Virus record (IMG/VR): IMGVR_UViG_3300002834_000024
Span: 192,001 to 256,000 of that record
Strand: one strand, 5' to 3'
Length of the DNA: 64,000 nucleotides
Source of the DNA: a virus
Taxonomy: Duplodnaviria > Heunggongvirae > Uroviricota > Caudoviricetes
Both the position numbers and the translations under genes were made by a program. Below are positions 1-10,518 of the stretch, piece by piece. How positions within the stretch are numbered: position 1 is the first letter of the stretch; each line of letters starts with the position of its first letter. The notes below the pieces were generated by a model, which was given only the letters and a program-made list of their open reading frames with translations, made no database searches and was not told where the DNA came from.

Positions 1-1749
1 TTCAAAACCAGGTTTAAATTGTACTTTCCAAATATTACTTGAATTAAGTCTTTCAAGGGTTAATTTACCAGGTTCTAATCTATCAAAATATTCTGTTATT
101 TCATATAACAATTCTAATCTATCTTGTTGGCTAATTTCATTATATTCATCTTTCCAAACACAGCCAGGATCTGTATAAGTTTGGCATGGTGTTCTATCAT
201 TAATCACCCTATATATTTGCCAGCGTAATTCTTTCCATTCGCATTGAATATTAAATTTAATATATCTAATGGTTGGATGAAGTATTGCAATTCTATTTAG
301 ATATATTTTATAAATTTCATCAAAATTTTGTTTGAATTTGTGTATTCCATTTGTACAAAATAAATTATAAACATCTCTATCTATACCCCATAAACGACAC
401 ATATTTACATCATAATACTCCGCACATGTATCTAAATCCAAATCTGTTTGTGCATTTGTATAAAATCTAATAAGATACATAGCATCTCTCATATCTAAAC
501 ATGTTCCATCTGGTTGTTTATCTATACATTCATCTCCATCAATAGTTGGTTCTGGAATACCAGGTAATTGTGGCCAGGCTGGTCGCCATGTTCCATGAAC
601 AAATTTTGGAAATACACAATCTAATCTTCTTTGTTGTTTGCTTTGATCATCAATCCATGTACTATCAGGATTATTAATGAATGGTGGGTTTTGGCAACTG
701 GAATGTTGTCCCCTAAATAATATACAAGATTCATATCTATCATCTTCCTTTTTGATTTTAATAGATAATCTTTCATGTACATATAAGTGAAAATATGGGC
801 ATGTATAAACATCAAATTCCTCATCATCTCTTTTTAATGAAAACCAACTAACATTTGTTGTTTCTACACTTCTAACCAACATATCTTCATCTAATCTGAA
901 TTTTGCAGTTGGCTTACTTCCAATAGCAAATGAAACCCTCAAATCTATTCCCTCACACTTATCATCTTCTTCTATAGTAACACATGGTTTGTATTTTCTT
1001 TCTGTATCAAGTGCGATTAATGTTCTTGTTTGTAATCTTACTCGTCTAAAATCATCTTCTTTTAAAAGATAACCCTTTACTAATATTTTATATGATTGTG
1101 AGTAAAATCGTCTTGCCTCCAAATCATATTTACTTTCATCAGTAATACTTTTTAATTCCATTGACATAAATTGTCCTTGAACTCGAATGTAATCTTCAAG
1201 CGATTTAAAGCGATTTAAGACTATTGTAGCAAAATTGTTAATGTTATCTAGCTTTGTTGAGAAAATGCTTACAGTGTAGTTTAAATCAACGCACATGGGT
1301 TGTTTCATCTCAATCCTATCCACGCTTTCAATTCCATTTTCAATAACTGGAATATATCCAACTGGCCAATATTGGTTATCTTGGGGAATATTAAAACCAC
1401 CAACACCTTGTTGTGTTCCTTGTTGTGGGTTTAATTCCCTACTTATTGTTTTGAAATTTAACAATAAACCACCCTCCGAATCGTTGATTTTCCACATTTT
1501 AGAAAATTCAGAAAGTCGTTGACTACTTAGCAAAAAATGAGTGGATAATAGATTACCATCATAAGAACATTCAAGTGCAGTTTCGACCCACTCATTAAAA
1601 GCTGCATCTATATCTTTTAATGATATAGTTTTCGGTATGTATCCCTGCCCAACAAAACTTTCCAACGCAAGTTTTATTCTTCGGTCTAGTCCATAACTGG
1701 GTTCGGTTAATTGTGTGTAATTTATATTGTTTTTCCCTGAATTTATCAT
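1..1749 (-). CDS. Probable tail completion/sheath-stabiliser (T4 gp15-like) structural protein, runs off the left end
   Basis: Not in ORF track. Hand translation from ATG at 1749 (MINSGKNN...FYSQSYKILVKGYLL...) stays open toward position 1. Product is a resemblance call. Confidence 0.5.
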   Translation of the reverse strand, partial: MINSGKNNINYTQLTEPSYGLDRRIKLALESFVGQGYIPKTISLKDIDAAFNEWVETALECSYDGNLLSTHFLLSSQRLSEFSKMWKINDSEGGLLLNFKTISRELNPQQGTQQGVGGFNIPQDNQYWPVGYIPVIENGIESVDRIEMKQPMCVDLNYTVSIFSTKLDNINNFATIVLNRFKSLEDYIRVQGQFMSMELKSITDESKYDLEARRFYSQSYKILVKGYLLKEDDFRRVRLQTRTLIALDTERKYKPCVTIEEDDKCEGIDLRVSFAIGSKPTAKFRLDEDMLVRSVETTNVSWFSLKRDDEEFDVYTCPYFHLYVHERLSIKIKKEDDRYESCILFRGQHSSCQNPPFINNPDSTWIDDQSKQQRRLDCVFPKFVHGTWRPAWPQLPGIPEPTIDGDECIDKQPDGTCLDMRDAMYLIRFYTNAQTDLDLDTCAEYYDVNMCRLWGIDRDVYNLFCTNGIHKFKQNFDEIYKIYLNRIAILHPTIRYIKFNIQCEWKELRWQIYRVINDRTPCQTYTDPGCVWKDEYNEISQQDRLELLYEITEYFDRLEPGKLTLERLNSSNIWKVQFKPGFE

Positions 1750-2052
1750 TTTTTAATTATTTTATTTAATATTGTATATATTTTTTCCTCAATATTTTCA
1801 TTATATTTTATGTAATATAATTTAACATTGTTTTCCATACATAAATAGTTTTTTAAGGTGTCATTATTTTTGGTATATAGTAATTTTTTATCACCCCCAA
1901 ATCCAATTATTTCTTCAAAATGTTGAACACCTTGACATTCAATTTATAAATATAAATACAACGTTTAACAGAATTAAGAAAAATATATTATTATTGGTAA
2001 TGTTAAAACATTTTTTTTTTATATCTATTTATGATTGAAAAAGAATAAAATT

Positions 2053-2844
2053 ATGCTTTATAATACCATTTTTATATCTAGAAAATTTAATTTTGATGGA
2101 ATGTTATGGATGCGATTAACTAATAATACAGGTAGCCCATTTAATGCTATATCTGGATATTCATTTGATCATTTATTTAATGTGGCATATAGTTCTGGAT
2201 CTCCAAAATTAACATCTGCTGTTGTTGAACGTTCTGGTGGAACTGTTACTAATGTTAAAGGTACAGGTAATTCTATACTTGGTTTTTCGGTTGCAAATGG
2301 TGAAAGTTGTGTAATTAGGTTTTCATGGGTTGATGGGTTATTTGTTTTATATGGTTCTGATACAACAAATCATTATAGAAATATTGTTACAAGTGCTGGG
2401 TGTAAAATATATGGTAATTATGATATACCAACATGGTTTATGTATAATTTGTTTAAAGATTGTGTAAATTATGTTCAAGACCCAAATGATATATTCGATA
2501 CATCCCAATTACGTCCCAATAATATAGGTAATTATGTTTTTCAAAGAACATTCAGTGGTTGTACACGTTTAACAAATGCTGTTATGCCAGATGCAACAAA
2601 TTGGACACCAGGAAGTATTGGAGCTCCGTTTATTATTGATACATTTACTGGATCATTTCCATCTCTAGCATCAACCTTAACATTAAAAGGTGTTTTGTGG
2701 GTTACAACAGTATTTAATACAAATAGTATGGGTATTGATAATAATCGAATTACCAATATAAAAGTTGATCCAGGATTGGTAGGATTATATCAAGCAAGTC
2801 CTAACTGGTCAAATATTTCAGATAGTAAATTTATAACTTGGTAA
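2053..2844 (+). CDS. Hypothetical protein with BspA/LRR-like segments
   Basis: IGNYVFQRTFSGCTRLT LRR-like repeat; first ATG at 2053. Confidence 0.45.
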   Translation: MLYNTIFISRKFNFDGMLWMRLTNNTGSPFNAISGYSFDHLFNVAYSSGSPKLTSAVVERSGGTVTNVKGTGNSILGFSVANGESCVIRFSWVDGLFVLYGSDTTNHYRNIVTSAGCKIYGNYDIPTWFMYNLFKDCVNYVQDPNDIFDTSQLRPNNIGNYVFQRTFSGCTRLTNAVMPDATNWTPGSIGAPFIIDTFTGSFPSLASTLTLKGVLWVTTVFNTNSMGIDNNRITNIKVDPGLVGLYQASPNWSNISDSKFITW

Positions 2845-2845
2845 T

Positions 2846-3295
2846 ATGAAAAAAATATTTTTAATAGTATGGCAGTTACCACAATATTTAATTGGTTATC
2901 TTGTATTGTTGTGGTTTAAGTTATTTTATAAAAACAGATTGACAAATATTGGCGGGGTAAGATGTGATGATTATAAAAACATTGTACCAGTTATGTACAC
3001 TTATCGTGCAAAATGGATGGGTGGTAAATATATGGCATTTTCACTTGGTCCACACATGTTCCTTATTTATGATGATTTATATAGTGATGTTACAAAGATG
3101 CGAAATAAATTGATAACAGCAATATCACATGAATATGGTCATTCCGTACAATCTATGTATTTAGGTTGGTTATATCTTATTATTATAGGTATTCCATCAT
3201 TTATTACTGCTCCAGTAACAAGGAAAATCTATACAGAAGAATGGGCTGAATCTATTGTCTTCAATAAAGAAGTTCGTGCTTCAAATTATATATAA
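2846..3295 (+). CDS. Membrane zinc metallopeptidase-like protein
   Basis: HEYGH (HExxH) motif, hydrophobic segments, downstream E-x-W-A. Confidence 0.55.
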   Translation: MKKIFLIVWQLPQYLIGYLVLLWFKLFYKNRLTNIGGVRCDDYKNIVPVMYTYRAKWMGGKYMAFSLGPHMFLIYDDLYSDVTKMRNKLITAISHEYGHSVQSMYLGWLYLIIIGIPSFITAPVTRKIYTEEWAESIVFNKEVRASNYI

Positions 3296-3309
3296 AAAAA
3301 TGTAAACAA

Positions 3310-3612
3310 ATGAAAATAAAATTAAACGAATTAAAAAATATTATTAAAGAAATGGTTATTAATGAACTTGAAAGAATTAATGACATTCTTGAAGATAATA
3401 ACTTTTATAGTATTGAGTATGGAAATGGTAAATACCATATTACAATAAAAAACAAAGCATTGTATTTAGGTCTTTTAATAAAATATCCATCAGTCAAAAT
3501 GAAAAAAGATAATCAGGGATTATATCACATTGATTTTTTGTATGAGGATATGACTAATTATCAAGAATTAATAGATTTTTTGAAAAGATATTATGTAAGA
3601 TATTCAAAATAA
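3310..3612 (+). CDS. Hypothetical protein with N-terminal virion propeptide-like motif
   Basis: MKIKLNELKNIIKE N-terminus. Confidence 0.6.
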   Translation: MKIKLNELKNIIKEMVINELERINDILEDNNFYSIEYGNGKYHITIKNKALYLGLLIKYPSVKMKKDNQGLYHIDFLYEDMTNYQELIDFLKRYYVRYSK

Positions 3613-3623
3613 AATATAACAAA

Positions 3624-3926
3624 ATGAAAATAAGATTAAGTGAATTAAGAATTATTATTGATGAAACTGTTAAAGAAGTAATTAAGGAAAGTCAACCAGA
3701 AGATTTTTATCGTGCGATTGGGGCTACCCATCTAAATTATCATACTATAAATGATGTATTGGAAGATTATCTTGATGGTGTCATTGATGATTATACAGCA
3801 GCACAAGCATTAGCTTATGGAATAGATGTTCCAATGGATTGGGATGATGCTATGATACTTCTTGATGAATGGGATGCAGGTGTATATGACGAAATTCCAA
3901 TTCTTGATAAATATCCCGATTCTTAA
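3624..3926 (+). CDS. Acidic hypothetical protein with N-terminal virion propeptide-like motif
   Basis: MKIRLSELRIIIDE..VIKE N-terminus. Confidence 0.6.
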   Translation: MKIRLSELRIIIDETVKEVIKESQPEDFYRAIGATHLNYHTINDVLEDYLDGVIDDYTAAQALAYGIDVPMDWDDAMILLDEWDAGVYDEIPILDKYPDS

Positions 3927-4447
3927 TTAGTTTTTGTATAAAATCTATCTTTTAATTCCCTTAAAACATCTTTTGGGTTATTGATAATATCATATTCCTT
4001 AAACCTGATTAATACAAAGTTATTATAAGCAGCCCACTCATTTTTTGCTTTATCTTTTTGTATTTGTCTTTTTTGATTTTCATAAATTGGTTCTGGATAT
4101 ATTCTTGGATCAGAGTGCCAAAATTGTCCATCTATCTCCAGTAGGGCATCAATTTGCCCACCATCTTGTGTTAATATGGCAAAATCATAAACAAATTTAG
4201 CTGGTGTAAAAAATTGATGAATATATTTTATTCCTAACTTATCCAAAAAATTTCGCATAAAAGTATATTCCAGTTTTGAACTGGTAACTCTACTTTTTAA
4301 CATTTCATCCATATCTTCTTTGGATATGGAATTTTTTTTATTTATCCAAAAATCAATACTTTTAGGTATTGGTTGTTTAATAGTCTTTACCTTTTTAGTA
4401 GGTATTGGTTTTGGAAAACAAACATCAACTTTTTTTGGAAGTTTCAT
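3923..4447 (-). CDS. DUF559/Vsr-like endonuclease
   Basis: YDF...EIDGQFWH...DKAKNEWA...LIRF motif. Confidence 0.75.
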   Translation of the reverse strand: MKLPKKVDVCFPKPIPTKKVKTIKQPIPKSIDFWINKKNSISKEDMDEMLKSRVTSSKLEYTFMRNFLDKLGIKYIHQFFTPAKFVYDFAILTQDGGQIDALLEIDGQFWHSDPRIYPEPIYENQKRQIQKDKAKNEWAAYNNFVLIRFKEYDIINNPKDVLRELKDRFYTKTN

Positions 4448-4482
4448 CTAATTAGGTACATTTACAAATAAATATAATTAAT

Positions 4483-4665
4483 ATGGAAAAGGTTTTTGTG
4501 GTTTTAAGTAAAAATGGTATTTTTTTAGGTGTAGATTCTAATAAGAAAGGTGCGCTGAAATTAAAGAAAACATTTTGTGAGATACATCCAGAATGTATTG
4601 GTGGTATTACAGTTAAGGAAATACAAATTAAAGAAATGTATTTTGGAACTATAAGAATAATGTAA
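4483..4665 (+). CDS. Hypothetical protein
   Basis: ORF tiling with neighbours. Confidence 0.5.
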   Translation: MEKVFVVLSKNGIFLGVDSNKKGALKLKKTFCEIHPECIGGITVKEIQIKEMYFGTIRIM

Positions 4666-4668
4666 AAC

Positions 4669-5157
4669 ATGACTGTTGAAATTAAAAAGAAGATAGAAAA
4701 GCAAATTCAAATGTATTGTAATCTCAATAATTTGGATATTAATGACTATGTTAATGATTTGATACAGAAACTTGTTACAGCAGACATATATGGGCAAGTA
4801 CCTGATTTTGTGAAATTGACCGAAATGAAACAAGAAGTAAAGGAAGAAAAAAAATCACAAAAAGAGGTAGAAACACTTAAAACAGAGTTAAATGAAAAGA
4901 ATAATAGAATAGATGAATTAAATATTCTGGTAGAAGAATTAAAAAATAAAAAGCCAATTGAAATAATAAAAGAAGTTTTTGTTGAAAAAGAATCCACAAA
5001 AGTTTCTGAAACTACTATAACAACAGAAAATACAGTAGTTAAACCTGAAAAACCGCCTATAACATATGATTTTTCACAGTTTAATTCAACAACAACTGTA
5101 TATGAAGAAGAAATTGAGGAAAAGAAATCAACTAAACCTAAAAAAAGAAAATTATGA
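4669..5157 (+). CDS. Hypothetical coiled-coil protein
   Basis: E/K-rich ORF in operon. Confidence 0.65.
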   Translation: MTVEIKKKIEKQIQMYCNLNNLDINDYVNDLIQKLVTADIYGQVPDFVKLTEMKQEVKEEKKSQKEVETLKTELNEKNNRIDELNILVEELKNKKPIEIIKEVFVEKESTKVSETTITTENTVVKPEKPPITYDFSQFNSTTTVYEEEIEEKKSTKPKKRKL

Positions 5158-5381
5158 TAAAACCGAAACAATACAAAGGATATAGTGTTGAAACTAATAA
5201 CCTGTTGATTGGATATTATGTTGAACTGCGGAAATGTGGTGGTAAAGATTGTAAATTATACCCCTATATAATTAAACCAGGTATGTATGTTCTTAATATG
5301 ACATATTGGGGTTTACGTGATTATCAAATAAATCCAGATACATTAGAAGAATATGTTGGTGATATAATTAACGAAAATTAA
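5154..5381 (+). CDS. Hypothetical protein
   Basis: Overlap-coupled ORF. Confidence 0.55.
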   Translation: MIKPKQYKGYSVETNNLLIGYYVELRKCGGKDCKLYPYIIKPGMYVLNMTYWGLRDYQINPDTLEEYVGDIINEN

Positions 5382-5388
5382 AATAGAT

Positions 5389-7794
5389 ATGACAGAATTT
5401 TCAAGACAAGGAAAGTATATAATTCGATGGAATACATTTGCATGGGATTATTCACGTGAAAATGAGAAAAAGATAATTGATGCTTTTTCCAAAAAGTATA
5501 ATATACCTAAATCACAAATAAAGGTAGAACCAAATACTATTGTTGTTGATGATAATGGTAAAGAAATATCAATAAAAAGCGAAGTTATTGATAACATTCA
5601 AGACAAAACATTTCAGCAGAAATTATTTCAAGATTATATCAAAATGAACAATATTGAAAATATTAATTTTGATGAAATTTTGAAATTTGATAATGAGGTT
5701 AATGATCAAATAGATTATACACAATATGAAAAATTATCTAAAATTAATGTGAAATGGATTGAATTTAAAAATTTCCTTTCATTTGGTTCTGAATTACAAA
5801 GATTAGAGTTTACTACATTGAATGGAATTGTTTTAATCAATAGCACACCAGTTAATCAAGCTGGTAAAACAACAATCTCATTAGAACTCACAAGATTTTT
5901 ACTCTATGGAAAAACATCTAAATCAAAAACACTTGATAAAATTTTTAACAGATTTTTGAAAAATGAAACCGAATTAATTGTTCGTGGTTGTGTTTCAATA
6001 AATGGTGATGATTTTATAATTGAACGTATTATTACAAGACCTAAAAAACGAAGTGAAAAATCAAAAGCAAGCGGTATTGTAAAATATTATAAAGTGATTG
6101 ATAAGACATGGAATCCTGATGAACCACTATTAGATTATGATCCATTAACTTTTGATGATAAATCGGGAGATGTTAATGCAACCAACAAGATTATTAAAGA
6201 ATCATTGATGAAAGAAAGCGATTTTGAATTAATAAGTATTGCTGATTCAAAATCATTAGATGCTTTAATTGATACAGGTGAGGCAAATTTATCAAAGATT
6301 TTCAGTAGATTTTTGGGAATTAATATATTAGAAGATAAAGAAATAATTGCTAAAAATATTTGGAAAGAAAAATCATCAAAACTTTTATCTAATCAATACA
6401 GTACAGATAAATTGGTAGAAGAAAACATTGAACACAAACAAAACATTGAAACCAATAATAATGAAATAACATTAAAGAAAGACAAAGTATCTATTTGTGA
6501 TGAAAATTTAAAAAGATATGATAGTGAAAAAAATAACATATTTGCCACCAAGGGAAAAGTTGATGAATCTCTTGTTAAATTGGATATTCAAACACAAGAA
6601 CAATCAAGAAGTTTTTTAATTGAACAAGGAAGGGGTTTACGTGCCGAACAAAAGACATATACGGATAAAATTAATGAATTGGTAAATATAAATGTTGATA
6701 AAAATTTAGTTGAAAATAATAGAAGATTTATTTTAAATTTAACATCTGATATTGCAACAATTAAAACCGAAATAAAAAATTTACAAAACGCAAATTCACA
6801 ACTTGAAAATTCAAAGGTATGTCCAACCTGTAAAAGAGATTATGATAAACAAACAATCTCACAGATTGAAGGATGTATTTTTGAAAATAGTCAAACAGTA
6901 GATAAATTAATACAACAAGGAATTGAAAAAAACAATCAGAAGCAAAATATTGAAAATCAAAATACAAATCTTGAAGAACAACTTAAAAAGGTTGATGAAA
7001 GAAACAAATACGAATTAAAGTTAGCACAAGTAAATGTAAATATTGCTAATACAACAAACCAGTATTTACAGGTTGATCAACTGATTAATAATTATCAAGC
7101 AAATAGAGATGCTATTGCACGAAATAATCAGATTGATATTTCCATCAATAACATCAATATCAAGATTAAGACAGAAAATGATTTACGAGATACCTTATTG
7201 AGAGAGATTGCACAATTAGATAATATTAATGTACAATTATCAAATAACATTCAAAAAAATGATGATATAATAGGAAAATTATATATCGAAAATGAATTTA
7301 TAAGACATTATAAACTTTTCTTAACACTTTTAAGTAAGGATGGTATCAAAAAAATCATATTGAGAAATGTATTACCAATTATTAATAGTTCAGTAAGTAA
7401 CTTATTGGGTGATTTAGTAAATTTTGGTGTCGAAGTAACAATAAGTGATAAAAATGATATTGGATTTTCAATCATAAAAGAAAATGAAAGTGGTGAAAGT
7501 GAATATGGTGATTTAACAAGTGCTTCTGGTTTTGAACGTACAATGTCAGCATTAGCATTAAGATCTGTTCTTGCCAAATATTCTTCTATACCATCACTTA
7601 ATTTTGCATGTATGGATGAAATTACAGCAAGGACTGGATCTGAAAACTTTGGTGTTCTTTTTGAAATGTTTCAAAGAATTGAATCCGCATATCAGTTCAT
7701 ATTTGTTATATCACATTCAACTGAATTTAATCAATATTTTGATAATATAATAACAGTTATTAATGAAAAAAATATAAGTAGAATAAAGTCATGA
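5389..7794 (+). CDS. sbcC: SbcC/Rad50/gp46-like recombination nuclease ATPase subunit
   Basis: FKNFLSF, Walker A NQAGKTT, coiled coil with CPTC zinc hook, SGFE signature, MDE Walker B, ISH switch. Confidence 0.9.
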   Translation: MTEFSRQGKYIIRWNTFAWDYSRENEKKIIDAFSKKYNIPKSQIKVEPNTIVVDDNGKEISIKSEVIDNIQDKTFQQKLFQDYIKMNNIENINFDEILKFDNEVNDQIDYTQYEKLSKINVKWIEFKNFLSFGSELQRLEFTTLNGIVLINSTPVNQAGKTTISLELTRFLLYGKTSKSKTLDKIFNRFLKNETELIVRGCVSINGDDFIIERIITRPKKRSEKSKASGIVKYYKVIDKTWNPDEPLLDYDPLTFDDKSGDVNATNKIIKESLMKESDFELISIADSKSLDALIDTGEANLSKIFSRFLGINILEDKEIIAKNIWKEKSSKLLSNQYSTDKLVEENIEHKQNIETNNNEITLKKDKVSICDENLKRYDSEKNNIFATKGKVDESLVKLDIQTQEQSRSFLIEQGRGLRAEQKTYTDKINELVNINVDKNLVENNRRFILNLTSDIATIKTEIKNLQNANSQLENSKVCPTCKRDYDKQTISQIEGCIFENSQTVDKLIQQGIEKNNQKQNIENQNTNLEEQLKKVDERNKYELKLAQVNVNIANTTNQYLQVDQLINNYQANRDAIARNNQIDISINNINIKIKTENDLRDTLLREIAQLDNINVQLSNNIQKNDDIIGKLYIENEFIRHYKLFLTLLSKDGIKKIILRNVLPIINSSVSNLLGDLVNFGVEVTISDKNDIGFSIIKENESGESEYGDLTSASGFERTMSALALRSVLAKYSSIPSLNFACMDEITARTGSENFGVLFEMFQRIESAYQFIFVISHSTEFNQYFDNIITVINEKNISRIKS

Positions 7795-8138
7795 AAACAC
7801 AAAAACGATTTTTAACAGCATTAAACCCAACTAAAAGCAAATTGAATTTAGTAACCAATTATGGTTATAATTTTATAGGTATATTAGATAGTCAAGATCG
7901 TAAAATTATAACACCTGACAAAATTATTAATAATATCCCTTCAAGGTTAAATAAGTATTTTGAAGAAGATTATACATATTGGTGGTTTGTTAATACATAT
8001 GATACAATAGAAGAAGCAAAAATTGGATATAATGAAAGACTTGATTATTTGATACGATACGCTCAAGAAAGTCAGATACATCCATTAAAAAAACAATTAG
8101 CGGAAGAAAATATGTCTAAACATAAATTTATAATATAA
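7791..8138 (+). CDS. Hypothetical protein
   Basis: Coupled ORF between sbcC and sbcD. Confidence 0.6.
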   Translation: MKTQKRFLTALNPTKSKLNLVTNYGYNFIGILDSQDRKIITPDKIINNIPSRLNKYFEEDYTYWWFVNTYDTIEEAKIGYNERLDYLIRYAQESQIHPLKKQLAEENMSKHKFII

Positions 8139-8139
8139 A

Positions 8140-8964
8140 ATGAAATTTTTAATACACATAGCGGATATACATATAAAACAGAACCGCTTACATACAGAAT
8201 ATAAAGAAATTCTTACTAACTTCATTAATGATATTAAACCATTTGTTGAAGCAAATAAAGATGATGTTGCTATTCTTATAGCAGGTGATTTAGTAGATAA
8301 TTTTACAAACATTACAAATGAATTAGAAATTCTTTTGGCATGGTTTTTAAAATCATTGGATAACATTTGTCCTGTTATGATAATTGCCGGAAATCACGAT
8401 TTAACAAGGAGTAATTTAACCAAAATGGATACTTTAACTCCATTATTCACATTGATAGATTTTAAACAGACTACATATTTGGATATGGTGACTGAATATA
8501 AATCTGGGTGTATTGAACTTGATGATAATATTGTATTAGCATTATATTCAATATTTGACAATTACAAAAGACCAAATATTGAACAAGTAAATGGATCTGG
8601 TAAAAAAATCATTGGTTTATGTCATGGACCTGTTATCGGGACTAAAACTGATATAGGATTTACGATGGATAAGGGGATTAAATCAGATATATTTACAGGT
8701 TGTGATATGGTTTTACTTGGGGATATTCATAAACAACAGTTATTTTATAATAATGACAATGTACCAATGTATTATCCAGGTTCATTAATTCAACAAACAT
8801 CAGGCGAAACTACAAATAAACATGGATGGTCAAGTATAAACTTATCTAATTTAGAAATCGAACACCACGAGGTTGAAAACCCATATAAAACATATAAGTT
8901 TGAGATTAGTAGCATTGATGATCTTGATAACAATTTAGAGGCTTGGAAAAACAAGGGGGTATGA
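8140..8964 (+). CDS. sbcD: SbcD/Mre11/gp47-like metallophosphoesterase nuclease subunit
   Basis: DIH, GDL, GNHD, LGDIH, YPGS motifs. Confidence 0.9.
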   Translation: MKFLIHIADIHIKQNRLHTEYKEILTNFINDIKPFVEANKDDVAILIAGDLVDNFTNITNELEILLAWFLKSLDNICPVMIIAGNHDLTRSNLTKMDTLTPLFTLIDFKQTTYLDMVTEYKSGCIELDDNIVLALYSIFDNYKRPNIEQVNGSGKKIIGLCHGPVIGTKTDIGFTMDKGIKSDIFTGCDMVLLGDIHKQQLFYNNDNVPMYYPGSLIQQTSGETTNKHGWSSINLSNLEIEHHEVENPYKTYKFEISSIDDLDNNLEAWKNKGV

Positions 8965-9146
8965 CAAAAAGATATTATCAAAGGTGGATTGATTCTGTTA
9001 AGGAATTTCAACTTCTTCCAACAGTCGAAAAAAATAGATGGTGCAGTTATTGTGGGTGTACTGGCGGTTGTAATATGTGTGAAGATTTAACAAAATTGGA
9101 TTTATCAAATCCCATAACTTATGAAGAAGAAAGTAAATATTTTTGA
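8961..9146 (+). CDS. Small Cys-rich hypothetical protein
   Basis: CSYCGCTGGCNMC. Confidence 0.55.
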   Translation: MTKRYYQRWIDSVKEFQLLPTVEKNRWCSYCGCTGGCNMCEDLTKLDLSNPITYEEESKYF

Positions 9147-9400
9147 CGGTTATACTATATATAATTGGAAAAAATATTTATGAAATGATAGATTGTAAGG
9201 TGAATAATATATTCAAAGTATTACTTTTAGATGATTTTAGAATTGAATTACCAATCAATATTGAATTTGAAATTGATGACAATATTTCGTTAAATGGAAA
9301 AATATATAGAATAATTAGAATATCTCATTTTTTTGAAATTGTTTCAAATGGAGATGGGGTTATTTTAAATAAAATATATCACACAAGAAATGGTATCTAA
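9143..9400 (+). CDS. Hypothetical protein
   Basis: ORF tiling; start uncertain. Confidence 0.5.
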   Translation: MTVILYIIGKNIYEMIDCKVNNIFKVLLLDDFRIELPINIEFEIDDNISLNGKIYRIIRISHFFEIVSNGDGVILNKIYHTRNGI

Positions 9401-10133
9401 TAAAGGAAAAAAGTTATGTATAATGATAAGTGAATATGATGAAAATGTAAAAAGGTATTTTGATAGTATAGCAAAATATAAACCATTAACACTGAAAGAA
9501 GAAAAAAAAATATTTAAAAGTTTCAAGGAAACTGGGGATGTTAATTTACGAAATAAACTTGTTCAATCCAATTTAAAATGGGTTGTTGAAGTGGCAAATA
9601 AATACAAAAACAAAGGTGTTGATTTTGGAGAATTGATATGTGAAGGAAATGATGGTTTGATGATTGCTATTGAAAAATATGATCCAGTTAATTTTGACAA
9701 TAAATTTTTTACTTATGCTAACAGTTGGATTAAGTACAAGATAACTGATAGAATAAAAAGAGAATCATTTTTGAGTGAAAACGTTGATAGAGATTTTCTT
9801 ATTAATGTTAAAAATCTTGAAGATAAAGAAGATGATAATAAAACTGTTACATTAGATGATTGGATAAATAATATTCCTGATTTTGTTTATGAAGATAATA
9901 TTAGGCGAGAACACAGTTATAAGAAAACAGTAAATGATTTATTTTCAGAACTGGAAACATTAGAGGTTGATATTCTGAATATGTCTTATGGAACCAATGA
10001 CAGTGATATTTATACTCTCAAAGAAATAAGTGATAAATATTCTATTAGTCAAGAGCGAGTTCGTCAAATAAGAGATAAAGCATTTATGAAAATGCAATCA
10101 ATGGCATTAGAAAAAAATATTACAATGGATTAA
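9390..10133 (+). CDS. Sigma70-family RNA polymerase sigma factor
   Basis: Region 1.2 PLTLKEE, region 2 NLKWVVEVA...ELICEGNDGL..AIEKYD..FFTYA..WI, region 4 TLKEIS..YSISQERVRQI. Confidence 0.92.
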   Translation: MVSNKGKKLCIMISEYDENVKRYFDSIAKYKPLTLKEEKKIFKSFKETGDVNLRNKLVQSNLKWVVEVANKYKNKGVDFGELICEGNDGLMIAIEKYDPVNFDNKFFTYANSWIKYKITDRIKRESFLSENVDRDFLINVKNLEDKEDDNKTVTLDDWINNIPDFVYEDNIRREHSYKKTVNDLFSELETLEVDILNMSYGTNDSDIYTLKEISDKYSISQERVRQIRDKAFMKMQSMALEKNITMD

Positions 10134-10158
10134 TTATGAATAATAAATTTTAAAATAT

Positions 10159-10518
10159 ATGTTAGATAAATTAAAAGGTTGGTTTGCGGAAAATTATTTT
10201 TGGATAATTACAATTTTTATTGCAATTCTCTGGATGAATGGATGCAATCAGACAAACAAACAAATTAAAATTAATGACAAGTTAGTTAAACATAATATTG
10301 AGTTGGTACAAACATTGGATTCATTAAAAAATCTTATTCCAACACAAGAAAAAATTCAATTAATGATGGAGATTAGTAGTTATGAAACATCAGAAAATAT
10401 GTTGAATGATTATAATGACTTTGCAAGGTCAAAAGCAAGCCCTACTGAAAGATCGAGATATTATCAAAGTAAGAAAAATGCAGCAACCGAGAAGTTAAAA
10501 AATTTGAATAAAGAATGA
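10159..10518 (+). CDS. Membrane-anchored hypothetical protein
   Basis: N-terminal hydrophobic helix then coiled coil. Confidence 0.6.
   Translation: MLDKLKGWFAENYFWIITIFIAILWMNGCNQTNKQIKINDKLVKHNIELVQTLDSLKNLIPTQEKIQLMMEISSYETSENMLNDYNDFARSKASPTERSRYYQSKKNAATEKLKNLNKE

Noticed and set aside
621-1522. Track ORFs 621-827 and 1295-1522
   Set aside because: They lie within the long minus-strand CDS running from 1749 off the left edge.
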